Shown in pieces: positions 10,617 to 20,800 of a stretch of 64,000 nucleotides of DNA. The DNA comes from Candidatus Eiseniibacteriota bacterium (lineage in GTDB: Bacteria; Eisenbacteria; RBG-16-71-46), in assembly GCA_044223005.1 (NCBI GenBank), contig JBGAML010000007.1, positions 64,001-128,000 of the forward strand, in the 5' to 3' direction. The notes under the pieces were generated by a model. That model was not told the origin of the DNA. It saw nothing but the letters and a program-made list of their open reading frames with translations, and searched no databases. The translations under genes were made by a program, and so were the position numbers. The first letter of the stretch is position 1; every line of letters starts with the position of its first letter.

Positions 10617-12071
10617 ATGAGCGGATGGCCAGCGAGGTACCGCGCGATCGCGCGTGTGGCCGCGACCGTGCTGTTCGTCGCCTCGCTCGCGCCGGCCGGG
10701 GCGCATGCCAGGCCCGCGGACGGCGGCTGGGTCGATCCGACCCCCGAGATCCTGCGCCGCATGGACCGCTACCTGCAGCTCTACCAGGTGGACGGCGTCA
10801 CCATGGACTGGCGCTACAGCGTGAGCCCGTCCGAGGAGATCCGGCAGACGGTGGTCTGCCAGCTGCTCGGCTACGTCGAGCTCTATCGGCTCGACCCGCG
10901 GCCGCGGCTGCGGCACGAGATCGAGCATCACGCCGATTTCATGATCGGCCGCCTCGCGGACATCCGCTCGCACTCGCCGTTCGACGGCATGCTCGCCTAC
11001 GCGCTGCTCGAGGCGTACGAGGTCACGAACGAAGCGCGGTTCTACGTGGCCGCCGCCGACGTCGAAGACGAGATGCTCGCGATCCCGACGTACCAGTGCG
11101 TCCTGAACGGCGGCCTCATGGTGGCTCTCGGAACCGGGGAGGACTGGTTCCTCACCGGGAACCCGGAGGCGCGGCAGAAGACGATCGACATCCTCGCCCA
11201 GCTCGCGCCCTACCAGAACGCCGACGGCAGCTTTCCGCACTGGTGCTGGGGCTCGCGCGACATCCACTACACGGGATGGATGGCGACCGAGCTCGTGCAC
11301 ATTCGCCGGCACGTGCCGGACCCGAGCATTCCCGGCTACCTCTCGCGCATGAACGCATTTCTCGACGGCCGCGTCGGCAACGACGGCCGGTCCACGTACG
11401 AAGAGCCTTGCCCGGGCGTTCCCGGCTGCACGAACTACTACTACAGCCGCGCGAGCGGCTGCGGGATCGACTACGACACGCGCGGGTGGACGGTGGAACC
11501 CGCCTACTGCGCGCTGCTGTTCGACGTGCAGGGCTCGGCGAAGTTCGCGCCGGTGATGTCGTTCTTCTCGACGCTGGAACACGACGGCTTCGTCGCCGAT
11601 CAGTACGGCTGGTGGCCGCCACCGGACGATCCCGAGTACCCGTGGACGATCGCCGACACGTCGGCGGTGAACACGAGCGTCGACTTCTGGGTGTTCGCCA
11701 CGCTGATCGCCGAGCGCGTCGCGCGCGGCGTGCCCGTGCAGCTCGTGCTGGACGACCTGGTCGACGGCGTCGGACCGCCGCCGCCGGTCGTGCCGCGCGA
11801 CGCCGCGCTCGCCGCGTCCCCGAATCCGTTCCGGGCGAGTTGTTCGCTCGCCTTCTCGCTCGCTCGCCCGGCGCCGGTGCGGCTGGACGTGATCGACCTG
11901 GCCGGCCGGCGCGTCCGGACGCTGGCCGACGGCCCGCTCGGGCCGGGCCCGCACGCGTTCGCCTGGGACGGCCGCGACGCGCGCGGTGGCCGCGTGGGGG
12001 AGGGCGTCTACTTCGCGCGCCTGGAGCGCGACGGGCGCCGCGAAACGAGCCGCCTGGTCCGCGTGCCCTGA
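10617..12071 (+). CDS. Secreted probable alpha/alpha-toroid protein with C-terminal FlgD-Ig-like domain
   Basis: Signal peptide; helical core with YQNADGSF; C-terminal SPNPF..DLAGRRVRTL..WDGRD..GVYF. Confidence 0.75.
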   Translation: MSGWPARYRAIARVAATVLFVASLAPAGAHARPADGGWVDPTPEILRRMDRYLQLYQVDGVTMDWRYSVSPSEEIRQTVVCQLLGYVELYRLDPRPRLRHEIEHHADFMIGRLADIRSHSPFDGMLAYALLEAYEVTNEARFYVAAADVEDEMLAIPTYQCVLNGGLMVALGTGEDWFLTGNPEARQKTIDILAQLAPYQNADGSFPHWCWGSRDIHYTGWMATELVHIRRHVPDPSIPGYLSRMNAFLDGRVGNDGRSTYEEPCPGVPGCTNYYYSRASGCGIDYDTRGWTVEPAYCALLFDVQGSAKFAPVMSFFSTLEHDGFVADQYGWWPPPDDPEYPWTIADTSAVNTSVDFWVFATLIAERVARGVPVQLVLDDLVDGVGPPPPVVPRDAALAASPNPFRASCSLAFSLARPAPVRLDVIDLAGRRVRTLADGPLGPGPHAFAWDGRDARGGRVGEGVYFARLERDGRRETSRLVRVP

Positions 12072-12216
12072 GGCCGCGGCCGCCGTGCCCGGCCGCCGGC
12101 AGATTCCCCGAATCCATCTCCCGTGCGCCCGCATCTGTAGCCAAAGTTGTGACGAAATGCCGCCCGCGGGTCCGGCGGTGCATTCGGTTCCCAGGTCTCG
12201 TTCGAGGGAGTGGTCC

Positions 12217-13098
12217 ATGTACGTCGTCGCGGGAGTCACCGGTCATACCGGCAAGGTGGTCGCGGAAACGTTGCTCGCCCAGGGTCACGCGGTGCGCGTG
12301 ATCGTGCGCGACGAAGCGAAGGGCGCGCCGTGGCGCCCGCGGGGCGCCGAGGTCGCGGTCGCCTCGCTGGACGATGCCGCCGCGCTCACGGCCGCGCTGC
12401 GCGGCGCGGCGGGCGCCTACCTGCTCGTGCCGCCGCAGTACGGCTCGAACGACATGCTCCGCGACCAGGCGGTCGTCGCCGACGCGATCGTCGCGGCCGT
12501 GAAGGCGAGCGGCGTGCCGCACGTGGTGATGCTCTCGTCACTCGGCGCCGGGCACGCGCACGGCACCGGCCCGATCCGTACGCTGCATCGCTTCGAGCGC
12601 GCACTGGAAGCGGCGGCGCCGAACGTGACGTACCTGCGCGCCGCCTACTTCGTCGAGAACCTGGGGCAGGTGCTCGGCGAGGTGACGACGAAGGGCGTCT
12701 ATCCCACGTTCCTCTCTCCCAACCGCCCGATCGCCATGGTCGCGTCGGCCGATATCGGCCGCACCGCCGCGGCGCTCCTGCTCGATCCGGCGCGCGGGAT
12801 GCGCATCGTCGACCTGTTCGGGCCGGCGGAGCTGTCGCAGGAGGAGGTCGCGCGGGTCTTCTCGGAGCAACTCGGCCGCGAGGTGACGCCCGCGTTCGCG
12901 CCGCTCGAATACGCGGAGCCCGCGTTCATCGCCGGCGGCATGCCGGCGAACGTGGCCGCGCTCTTCCGCGAGATGCTCGGCGCCATCAACGGCGGGCTCG
13001 TCGCGCCGAGCGGTCCGCCCGCCGAGGTGCGCCGCGGCACGACGCCCGCGAAGGACGTGATCGCCGCGCTGCTCGCGGGCGGCGTCGCGGCGCACTGA
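12217..13098 (+). CDS. NmrA-like NAD(P)-binding protein
   Basis: VVAGVTGHTG Rossmann motif, VVMLSSLGA, MVASADIG. Confidence 0.9.
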   Translation: MYVVAGVTGHTGKVVAETLLAQGHAVRVIVRDEAKGAPWRPRGAEVAVASLDDAAALTAALRGAAGAYLLVPPQYGSNDMLRDQAVVADAIVAAVKASGVPHVVMLSSLGAGHAHGTGPIRTLHRFERALEAAAPNVTYLRAAYFVENLGQVLGEVTTKGVYPTFLSPNRPIAMVASADIGRTAAALLLDPARGMRIVDLFGPAELSQEEVARVFSEQLGREVTPAFAPLEYAEPAFIAGGMPANVAALFREMLGAINGGLVAPSGPPAEVRRGTTPAKDVIAALLAGGVAAH

Positions 13099-13141
13099 GC
13101 CGGCCGGGACGAGCGGCCGCCGGGGTGATTCCGGCGGCCGC

Positions 13142-13867
13142 TCAGGCCCCGCGGGCGCTCGCGGCTCCGGCCTGCGCGGAGTGGATCGTGCGCGAGGCGT
13201 CGCCCGAGATGATCCGGTAGCCGAGCCACACGAAGCAGACGCCGATCAGCTCGGTCACGTAGAGCACCTCGACGTGGCCGAAGCGCGTGAACGAGCCGCC
13301 GATCCCGGGCAGGATCGCTCCCAGCGCGATCGCGACGTTGCCGCGCACGCGCGCGCTCGCGCCGCCCTGGCGCGCGTAGCGCCACGCCGACCACGCCGCG
13401 CCGCCGACCAGGAACGCGACCGCGTACAGGTTCACGAACGGCGAGATCATGCGCACCCACTGCCAGCCGAGCACCTTGCCCGTCAGGCGCGTGCGGTCGA
13501 CCAGCTCGTAGTGGATGGGCGAGAGGAACACGCACACCGCGCCCGCGAGCACCACCGTGACGAGCGCGACCGTGAGCCGGTTCGCCGTGCGCCGCGACAG
13601 CAGCAGGTACACGGTGCCCTGCGCGAGCGGGGCGCCGCCGAGCAGCGCGCCGGTCACGTACCAGAAGCGGAACACCTGTTCGTGCCAGCCGAACAGCGTC
13701 GTCAGGCTCTCGGTGATCGTACCCGCGGCGTAAGTGACCAGCCCGAGGAACCACCAGAAGAGGTAGGTCGCATCGGGCTTTCGCCGCCAGTGCACCCACA
13801 GCCGCGCCGCGAAGGTGATCGAGACGAGCGTCGTGAGGATCGGGATGTAGTGGACCGGGTGCGGCAT
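13142..13867 (-). CDS. Hypothetical integral membrane protein (~7 TM)
   Basis: Multiple hydrophobic helices, coherent ORF. Confidence 0.75.
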   Translation of the reverse strand: MPHPVHYIPILTTLVSITFAARLWVHWRRKPDATYLFWWFLGLVTYAAGTITESLTTLFGWHEQVFRFWYVTGALLGGAPLAQGTVYLLLSRRTANRLTVALVTVVLAGAVCVFLSPIHYELVDRTRLTGKVLGWQWVRMISPFVNLYAVAFLVGGAAWSAWRYARQGGASARVRGNVAIALGAILPGIGGSFTRFGHVEVLYVTELIGVCFVWLGYRIISGDASRTIHSAQAGAASARGA

Positions 13868-14084
13868 CGGGCCCTCGTCGGTGAAGGGTGGGCGGGCGCC
13901 CCGGCGATCCTGCGCCGGCGCCGATCCTCCTCCGATGCGGCGGGAGCCCCTGCGGGTGTGATTCCCGGACCCTTACGGGTTTCTACGGAGGCCACCCGCC
14001 CGGCGTGAGCCGGTCCGGTTTCGCGCGCGTCCGGTCGAGTCCGGCCGCCGATCGTCCCCATCCATCCGCTCCCCGGAGGCTCCG

Positions 14085-14720
14085 ATGCGCCGTTCGATTC
14101 CGCCCGTCCTGATGCTCCTCACCTGCGTCCTCGCGGCCGCGCCCGCCGGCGCACAGGGCATGATGCGCATGGCCGGCGGTGGCGCGCCCGGCGGCGAACG
14201 CATGTTCACGTTCGGCATCGGTGGCGGCGTCGCGGTGCCGGTGAGCAACGCGGCCGACGCACTCAAGAACGGATTCCACGGTCTCGGCTACGCGCGCGTG
14301 ACCATTCCGGGTACCGGACTCTCGGCGGGCGTCAACGTGTCCTTCCAGCGCTTCGATCTCAAGGACGCGAAGGTGACCGCGCCCTCGCTACCCGGGGGCA
14401 CCGCGAGCACGAGCACCGCATCGAGCGACATGCTCGCCGGGCTCGGCGACCTCAAGTTCGCGCTCATCCCGCGCGGTCCGGTGCGCCCGTACCTCACCGC
14501 GGGTCTCGGCGCCTACAACCTGCGCACCGACGCGCCGGGCGGCGGCACCTCGAGCGACACGCGCTTCGGCATCAACGGTGGCGCGGGCGTGGACGTGTCG
14601 CTGGGGCGGATTCGCGCGTTCGTGCAGGGCCGCGTCGACAATGTCTACACGTCGAGCGGCGGCGTGATCGACACCCAGTCGATCCAGGTCGTCCCGGTCA
14701 CGCTCGGCCTGGAGTTCTGA
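14085..14720 (+). CDS. Small outer-membrane beta-barrel protein
   Basis: Signal peptide, RPYLTAGLG and FGINGGAG strands, terminal Phe; GGAGG SD. Confidence 0.85.
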   Translation: MRRSIPPVLMLLTCVLAAAPAGAQGMMRMAGGGAPGGERMFTFGIGGGVAVPVSNAADALKNGFHGLGYARVTIPGTGLSAGVNVSFQRFDLKDAKVTAPSLPGGTASTSTASSDMLAGLGDLKFALIPRGPVRPYLTAGLGAYNLRTDAPGGGTSSDTRFGINGGAGVDVSLGRIRAFVQGRVDNVYTSSGGVIDTQSIQVVPVTLGLEF

Positions 14721-14957
14721 CGCCCGGGCGTACGCGATCGCCCGCCGCGCCGGACGGGGGACCGGCCGCGGCGGGCGCGGGGGGCGGGTTCCGCGGTGCC
14801 GGGCTTGTGCGCCGCCCGCGCGTCGTGTAAACCCGCACGCCAAGCGCCCACCGGGCCGCGCATCCGGCGCGGCTCCCGCGGGCCGATCGTGCGAGGGCCG
14901 ACCGCTGTCCACGTCCCCTGAGCAGGGATCGCTTCGCATCGCCCGCCGAGGTCGTCG

Positions 14958-16553
14958 CTGAGCCGGCCCCGCCGCGGCGCCGCCGGCCTCGTCGCCGCCG
15001 GCATCCTCGCGAGCCGCATCGTCGGGCTCGTGCGCCAGCGCATCATCGCGCACTACTTCGGCCAGGCGACCGATGCCGCCGACGCGTTCTTCGCGGCGTT
15101 CCGGATCCCGAACTTCCTGCAGAACCTCTTCGGCGAAGGCGTGCTCTCGGCCTCGATGATCCCGGAGTACACGCGGCTCGTCGCCGCCGGCCGCACCGAC
15201 GACGCGCGCCGTCTCGCGGGCGCGGTGGCGGGCCTGCTCGGCGCCATGGTGATGATCGTCGTCGCGCTCGGCGTCGGCGCGGCGCCCGGGCTCGTGGACG
15301 TGATCGTGCCCGGGTTCCACGGTCATCGCCGCGAGCTCGCGATCACGCTCGTGCGGATCCTGTTCCCGGGCGTCGGGGCGCTCGTGCTCTCGGCGTGGTG
15401 CCTCGCGGTGCTCAACAGCCACCGGCGCTTCCTGCTCTCCTACAGCGCGCCGGTGCTCTGGAACCTCGCGATCATCGCCGCCACGCTGCTGCCCGGTCAC
15501 GGCCTGCCGCGCGAGCAGCTGGTGCTCTGGACCGCCTGGGGCGCGGTGATCGGCAGCGTGCTGCAGTTCGCGGTGCAGGTGCCCACGGTGCTGAAGCTGA
15601 CGGGCGGCGTGCCGCTCTCGGTCGACTGGCGCGAGCCGCGCGTGCGGATCGTGCTGCGCAACTTCGGGCCCGTGTTCCTGAGCCGCGGCGTGGTGCAGAT
15701 CAGTGCGTTCATCGACGCCATGATCGCGAGCCTGCTGCCCGTGGGCGCGGTCGCGGTCATCTCCAACTCGCAGACGCTCTACCTGCTGCCGGTTTCGCTC
15801 TTCGGCATGTCGGTCGCGGCCGCCGAGCTGCCCGAGCTTTCCGAAGACGCCGGCGCGCACGCCGGCGACGCGCGCGCGGAGTTCCTGCGCGAGCGGATCG
15901 CGCGCGGCAGCGAGCGGATCGCGTTCTTCGTGGTGCCCTCGGGCGTGGCGTTCCTCGCACTGGGGCACGTGCTCGCGGGGCTGCTGCTGCAGTCGGGCGC
16001 GTTCTCGCAGCGCGACGCCGAGTGGCTGTGGGCCACGCTCGCCGGATCCACCGTGGGCCTGCTCGCCACGTCCATGGGCCGGCTGCTCACCTCGACCTAC
16101 TACGCGCTCAACGACACGCGCCGGCCGCTGGGCTACGCGGTGCTGCGCGTGGCACTGACGCTCGCGCTCGGGTTCGCGGCCGCGGTGTGGCTGCCGCGCG
16201 CGCTCGGGATCGATCCGCGCTGGGGCACCGCGGGCCTCACCGCGAGCGCCGGAATCGCGGGCTGGGTCGAGTTCCTGCTGCTGCGCCGCGGCCTGCGTGC
16301 GCGCATCGGCGCGATCGGGCTCGCCCCCGGGCGGCTGCCGCGGCTCTGGATCTCGGCGGCCATCGCCGCCGCGCTCGCGTGGGCGCCGCACCTGCTGCTC
16401 GCGCCGCACGTGCACGGCGGCTTCGCGCGCGGGCTCGCGGCGGCGTTCGTGCTCGCGGTCTTCTGCGCCGGCTACGCCGCCGCCACGCTCGCGTTCGGGA
16501 TCCCCGAGGCGCGGGCGTTGCTCGCACGCGTCCGGCCGGACCGCGCGGCATGA
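14958..16553 (+). CDS. murJ: Lipid II flippase MurJ (MviN); probable CTG start
   Basis: ILASRIVGLVRQ, ADAFFAAFRIPNFLQNLFGEG; conserved N-terminus lies upstream of GTG 15030; in-frame TGA at 14919. Confidence 0.9.
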   Translation: MSRPRRGAAGLVAAGILASRIVGLVRQRIIAHYFGQATDAADAFFAAFRIPNFLQNLFGEGVLSASMIPEYTRLVAAGRTDDARRLAGAVAGLLGAMVMIVVALGVGAAPGLVDVIVPGFHGHRRELAITLVRILFPGVGALVLSAWCLAVLNSHRRFLLSYSAPVLWNLAIIAATLLPGHGLPREQLVLWTAWGAVIGSVLQFAVQVPTVLKLTGGVPLSVDWREPRVRIVLRNFGPVFLSRGVVQISAFIDAMIASLLPVGAVAVISNSQTLYLLPVSLFGMSVAAAELPELSEDAGAHAGDARAEFLRERIARGSERIAFFVVPSGVAFLALGHVLAGLLLQSGAFSQRDAEWLWATLAGSTVGLLATSMGRLLTSTYYALNDTRRPLGYAVLRVALTLALGFAAAVWLPRALGIDPRWGTAGLTASAGIAGWVEFLLLRRGLRARIGAIGLAPGRLPRLWISAAIAAALAWAPHLLLAPHVHGGFARGLAAAFVLAVFCAGYAAATLAFGIPEARALLARVRPDRAA

Positions 16554-17590
16554 ACGCGCGCGCCGCCGCGGCACGCCTCGCGCTCGCGGCGCTGGTACTG
16601 GCCGTGCTGGCGGGGTGCTCGAGCCACAATGGGACGATGCCGATCACGCGCGTGACGCTCGGCATCGAGTGGCAACCCGTGGGCGCGGCGCCGGCGCTCG
16701 CGCCGCGGCCGATCCCCGCGCTCGACTGCTTCGGCGTCGGTGATCCCGCGCTGGCGCGGCTCGCCGACGGCACACTCGCGATGTGGTATTCGGCGGGCGG
16801 TACGAGTGGCGGCCCGTTCGTCACGCGCGCGACCCTCGACGGCGCGTTCGGCGTCACGCGCTCGCCGGACGCGGCGCTCATTCCGCCCGGCGCGGACGGC
16901 CTGTGGGATCGCTTCGTCGAGACCGTCTCGGCGTGGCCCGACAGCGCGAGCGGGCACGTGCGCATGGCCTACCTGGGCTACGCGGACACCGGCTTCGTCG
17001 CGCCCGCGATCGGCGTCACCGTATCGGGCGATTCGGTCGGCACGCTGTGGACGCGCGCGCCGGCACCCGTCTATCGCCCGAGCCCGGGCGCGTGGGACGG
17101 CGCGCTCGTCACCGGCCCCAGCCTGATGCGCGGATCGGACGGACTCTGGCGCATCTACTATTCCGGCGCCGGGACCACGATCGGCATCGGGCTGCTCACC
17201 TCGCCCGACGGCGTCACGTGGACGCCGTACCCCGGCAATCCCGTCTTCGAGCGCCGGCTCGGCCAGTGGGACGAAGCGACGCTCGAGCCGTGCGTGCGCG
17301 AGTTCAATGGCTGCTGGTACCTCTGGTACTCGGGCTATCGCGAGCCGCTCGCCGACAGCACGACCATCGACATCGGCCTCGCCATCTCGTACGACGGCAT
17401 CCATTGGATGCGCGAACACGAAGGCCCCGTGCTCGCGCACGGCGCCGCCGGCGCGTGGGCGTCGCACCGCGTGCTCGCGCCCGACGTGATCCGCCTGGGC
17501 GACGGCAGCCTGCTCATGGCCGCGTACGGCCAGACCCGCGCCGACGTGGGCGTGGTGAGCGGGAAGATCGGGTTCTGGCGTTCGAAGTAG
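16550..17590 (+). CDS. Lipoprotein with five-bladed beta-propeller glycoside-hydrolase-like repeats
   Basis: LAGC lipobox; repeated WD..P.V...YSG...IGL..S.DG..W..PV blades. Confidence 0.75.
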   Translation: MNARAAAARLALAALVLAVLAGCSSHNGTMPITRVTLGIEWQPVGAAPALAPRPIPALDCFGVGDPALARLADGTLAMWYSAGGTSGGPFVTRATLDGAFGVTRSPDAALIPPGADGLWDRFVETVSAWPDSASGHVRMAYLGYADTGFVAPAIGVTVSGDSVGTLWTRAPAPVYRPSPGAWDGALVTGPSLMRGSDGLWRIYYSGAGTTIGIGLLTSPDGVTWTPYPGNPVFERRLGQWDEATLEPCVREFNGCWYLWYSGYREPLADSTTIDIGLAISYDGIHWMREHEGPVLAHGAAGAWASHRVLAPDVIRLGDGSLLMAAYGQTRADVGVVSGKIGFWRSK

Positions 17591-17808
17591 GGACGGCCCG
17601 GGGTTTCGGTGGGCCGCGCGTCCGACCGCTCGCCGCTCGCCGTTCCATCCGATCGTTGCCTCGGGTCGCCCGCGCTCCGTATGCTCCCGCTGCCGCGGCC
17701 TCCCGACGCTCCCCGCGGTCACGGGCCGCCTCTCGCGGGCCCTCGCTCGCCATCGGCGCGATCCGCCGCACGCTCGCGCCCGCCGCACATGCTCTGCAGG
17801 AGGCCGCG

Positions 17809-20800
17809 ATGTTCCCTTGGACGCTACTTCGTGCGCGCCGTACGCCGTGGCTCGCCGTCGCGCTCGCGCTGTTCGCGCGCGTCGCCGCGGCCCAGAACCC
17901 GGTCGTCACCGAGAACGCGCTGCCGGGAAATCCGCCGAGTGAATGGGACGTCTCGGGCGCCGGCGATCCGAGCATCCAGGGTTTCACGACCGACATCAGC
18001 GTGAATCACGGCGGCACGGTGTTCTTCAAGATCGCGACGCCCTCGACGCAGTACCGGATCGACGTCTACCGGATCGGCTGGTACGGCGGGAACGGCGCGC
18101 GCAAGGTCGCCACGGTCCATCCCTCGGTGACTCTGCCGCAGGTGCAGCCCGCGCCGCTCACCGATGCCGCGACCGGGCTCGTGGACTGCGGCAACTGGGC
18201 CGTCTCCGCGTCGTGGAACGTGCCGGCGGCCGCGGTGTCCGGGATCTACGTCGCGAAGCTCGTGCGCGAGGACACGACCGGTGCGCCCGCGAGCCACGTG
18301 CTGTTCGTGGTGCGCGACGACGAGCGGCATTCCGACCTGCTGCTGCAGGCGAACGACGAAACGTGGCACGCGTACAACACGTACGGCGGCAACAGCCTCT
18401 ACAACGGCGCGCCCGCGGGGCGCGCGTACAAGGTGAGCTACAACCGCCCCTTCACGACGCGCTGCTGCAACTACCCCGACGGCGCCATCGTGACGTGGTT
18501 CTTCAGTGCGCCCTACCCGATGGTGCGCTGGCTCGAAGCCAACGGCTACGACGTCGGCTACGCGAGCGGCGTGGACACGGACCGCTTTCCCGCGCACCTG
18601 CTCGACCACAAGGTGTTCGTCTCCGTGGGACACGACGAATACTGGTCGGGCGCGCAGCGTGCGAACGTCGAGGCCGCGCGCGACGCGGGCGTGAACCTCG
18701 CGTTCTTCAGCGGCAACGAGGTGTTCTGGAAGACGCGCTGGGAGACCAGCATCGACGGCAGCGGCACGCCCTATCGCACGCTCGCCTGCTACAAGGAGAC
18801 GCACGCGGGCGCGAAGATCGATCCGCTGCCCGGCACGTGGACGGGTACCTGGCGCGACCCGCGCTTCAGCCCGCCCGCCGACGGCGGCCGGCCCGAGAAC
18901 GCGCTCCTCGGGACGATCTTCGTGGTGAACGGCGTCACCGAGAACCAGCTCGCCGTGCCCGAGGCCGACGGCAAGATGCGCTTCTGGCGCAACACGAGCG
19001 TCGCGACGCTCGCGCCGGGGCAGACGGCCGCGTTCGCCACCGGCACGCTCGGGTTCGAGTGGGACACCGACCTCGACAACGGCTTCCGGCCCGCGGGGCT
19101 CTTCCATCTCTCGAGCGCGACGTGGAGCGGCGTGCCCGTGCTGCAGGACTACGGCTCGACGTTCGCGACCGGCACCGCGACGCACCACCTGACGATGTAC
19201 CGCGCGGCCAGCGGCGCCCGCGTCTTCAGCGCCGGCACGGTGCAGTGGTCGTGGGGGCTCGATGCGACGCACGACAACCCCGGCACGCCGGCCGATCCGC
19301 GCATGCAGCAGGCGACGGTGAACCTCTTCGCCGACATGGGCGCGCAGCCGGGCTCGCTGCAGCCCGGACTCGTGGCCGCGAGCGCGTCGACCGATGCGCT
19401 CGCGCCGGTCTCGGGCGTCACGACGCCGCTTCCGGGCGCGTCGGTGGCCGCGGGCAACACCGTGACGATCGCCGGCACCGCCTCGGACGCGGGCGGCCGC
19501 GTCGGCGGCATCGAGGTGAGCGTGGACGGTGGCGCGACGTGGCACCCGGCCGAGGGCCGCGAGAGCTGGACGTACGGGTGGACGCCCGCCGACTCGGGTT
19601 CGGCGACGATCCGCTCGCGCGCCGTGGACGACTCCGGGAATCTCGAATCGCCCGGCGCGGGGATCGCGGTCCACGTGACGCCGCCGCAGCCGGGCACCTG
19701 CCCGTGCACGATCTTCGCGGTCAGCGGCGGCGCCGCCAGCAGCGACGCCGCGTCGGTCGAGGTGGGCGTGCGGTTCCGCTCCGACCGCGACGGCTTCGTG
19801 CGGGGCCTGCGCTTCTGGAAGCCCGACGCCACGAACGGCGGCTCGCACGTGGGTCACCTGTGGACCAACGCGGGCGCCGCGCTCGCGACCGCGACGTTCG
19901 CGAACGAGACACCCTCCGGCTGGCAGGAGGTGCTCTTCGGCGCCGGGAACGACGTGCCGGTCACGGCGGGCACGCTCTACGTGGCGTCGGTGCTCATGCC
20001 GCAGGGGCACTACGCGGCGGCCACGGGCTGGTTCGCGGCGCACGACACGGACCGCGCGCCGCTGCACGCGCCGCAGGACGGCGCGGGCGGCTTCGCGAAC
20101 GGCGTGTACGCGTACGGCAGCGGCGGCTTCCCGACGAGCACGTTCGCGTCGGCCAACTACTGGGTCGACGTGGTCTTCGACACGCTCGCGACCAGCGCGC
20201 CGCCCTGCGCCGCCGACCGCACCGCGGCCGACTTCGCGCAGGGCACGTTCGGCCCCGGCACGTTCGCGTCGACCGAGATCGACGGCGAGGTGACGCTCGC
20301 GCCGTCCGCGGGTTCGGCGTTCGACGGGAGCGCGCTCCCCGCGGGCTGGTCGGGCGAAGCGTGGTCCGCCGGCGGTGCCGCCACGGTGAGCGGCGGCGCG
20401 CTGCACGTGGACGGCGCGCGCGCGGCCACGGACTCCGCCTACGGCGCGGGCCGGGCGCTCGAGTTCGTCGCCACGTTCGGGAGCGATGCGTTCCAGCACG
20501 TGGGCTTCGTTTCCGACCTGGCGTTCGATTCGCCGTGGGCCATGTTCAGCACGTTCGGCGGCGGCGGCCTGTGGGCGCGCACGAGCGACGGCGCGAACAC
20601 CGCCATCGCCGGGAGCTGGCTGGGCGCGCCGCACCGCTACCGCATCGACTGGAGCGCGGGTGGCTTCCAGTTCGCCATCGACGGTGCCACCGTCGCCGCG
20701 AGCGCGTTCACGGTCGGCACGCCCATGCGGCCGCTCGCGAGCGACTTCACCGTCGGCGGCGCGGGGCTCGCGCTCGGCGAACTGCGGCTCGCGCCGTACG

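Noticed and set aside
12134..12156. TGTAGCCAAAGTTGTGACG as a possible Rrf2-type operator before the NmrA gene
   Set aside because: Weak palindrome and no cognate regulator nearby
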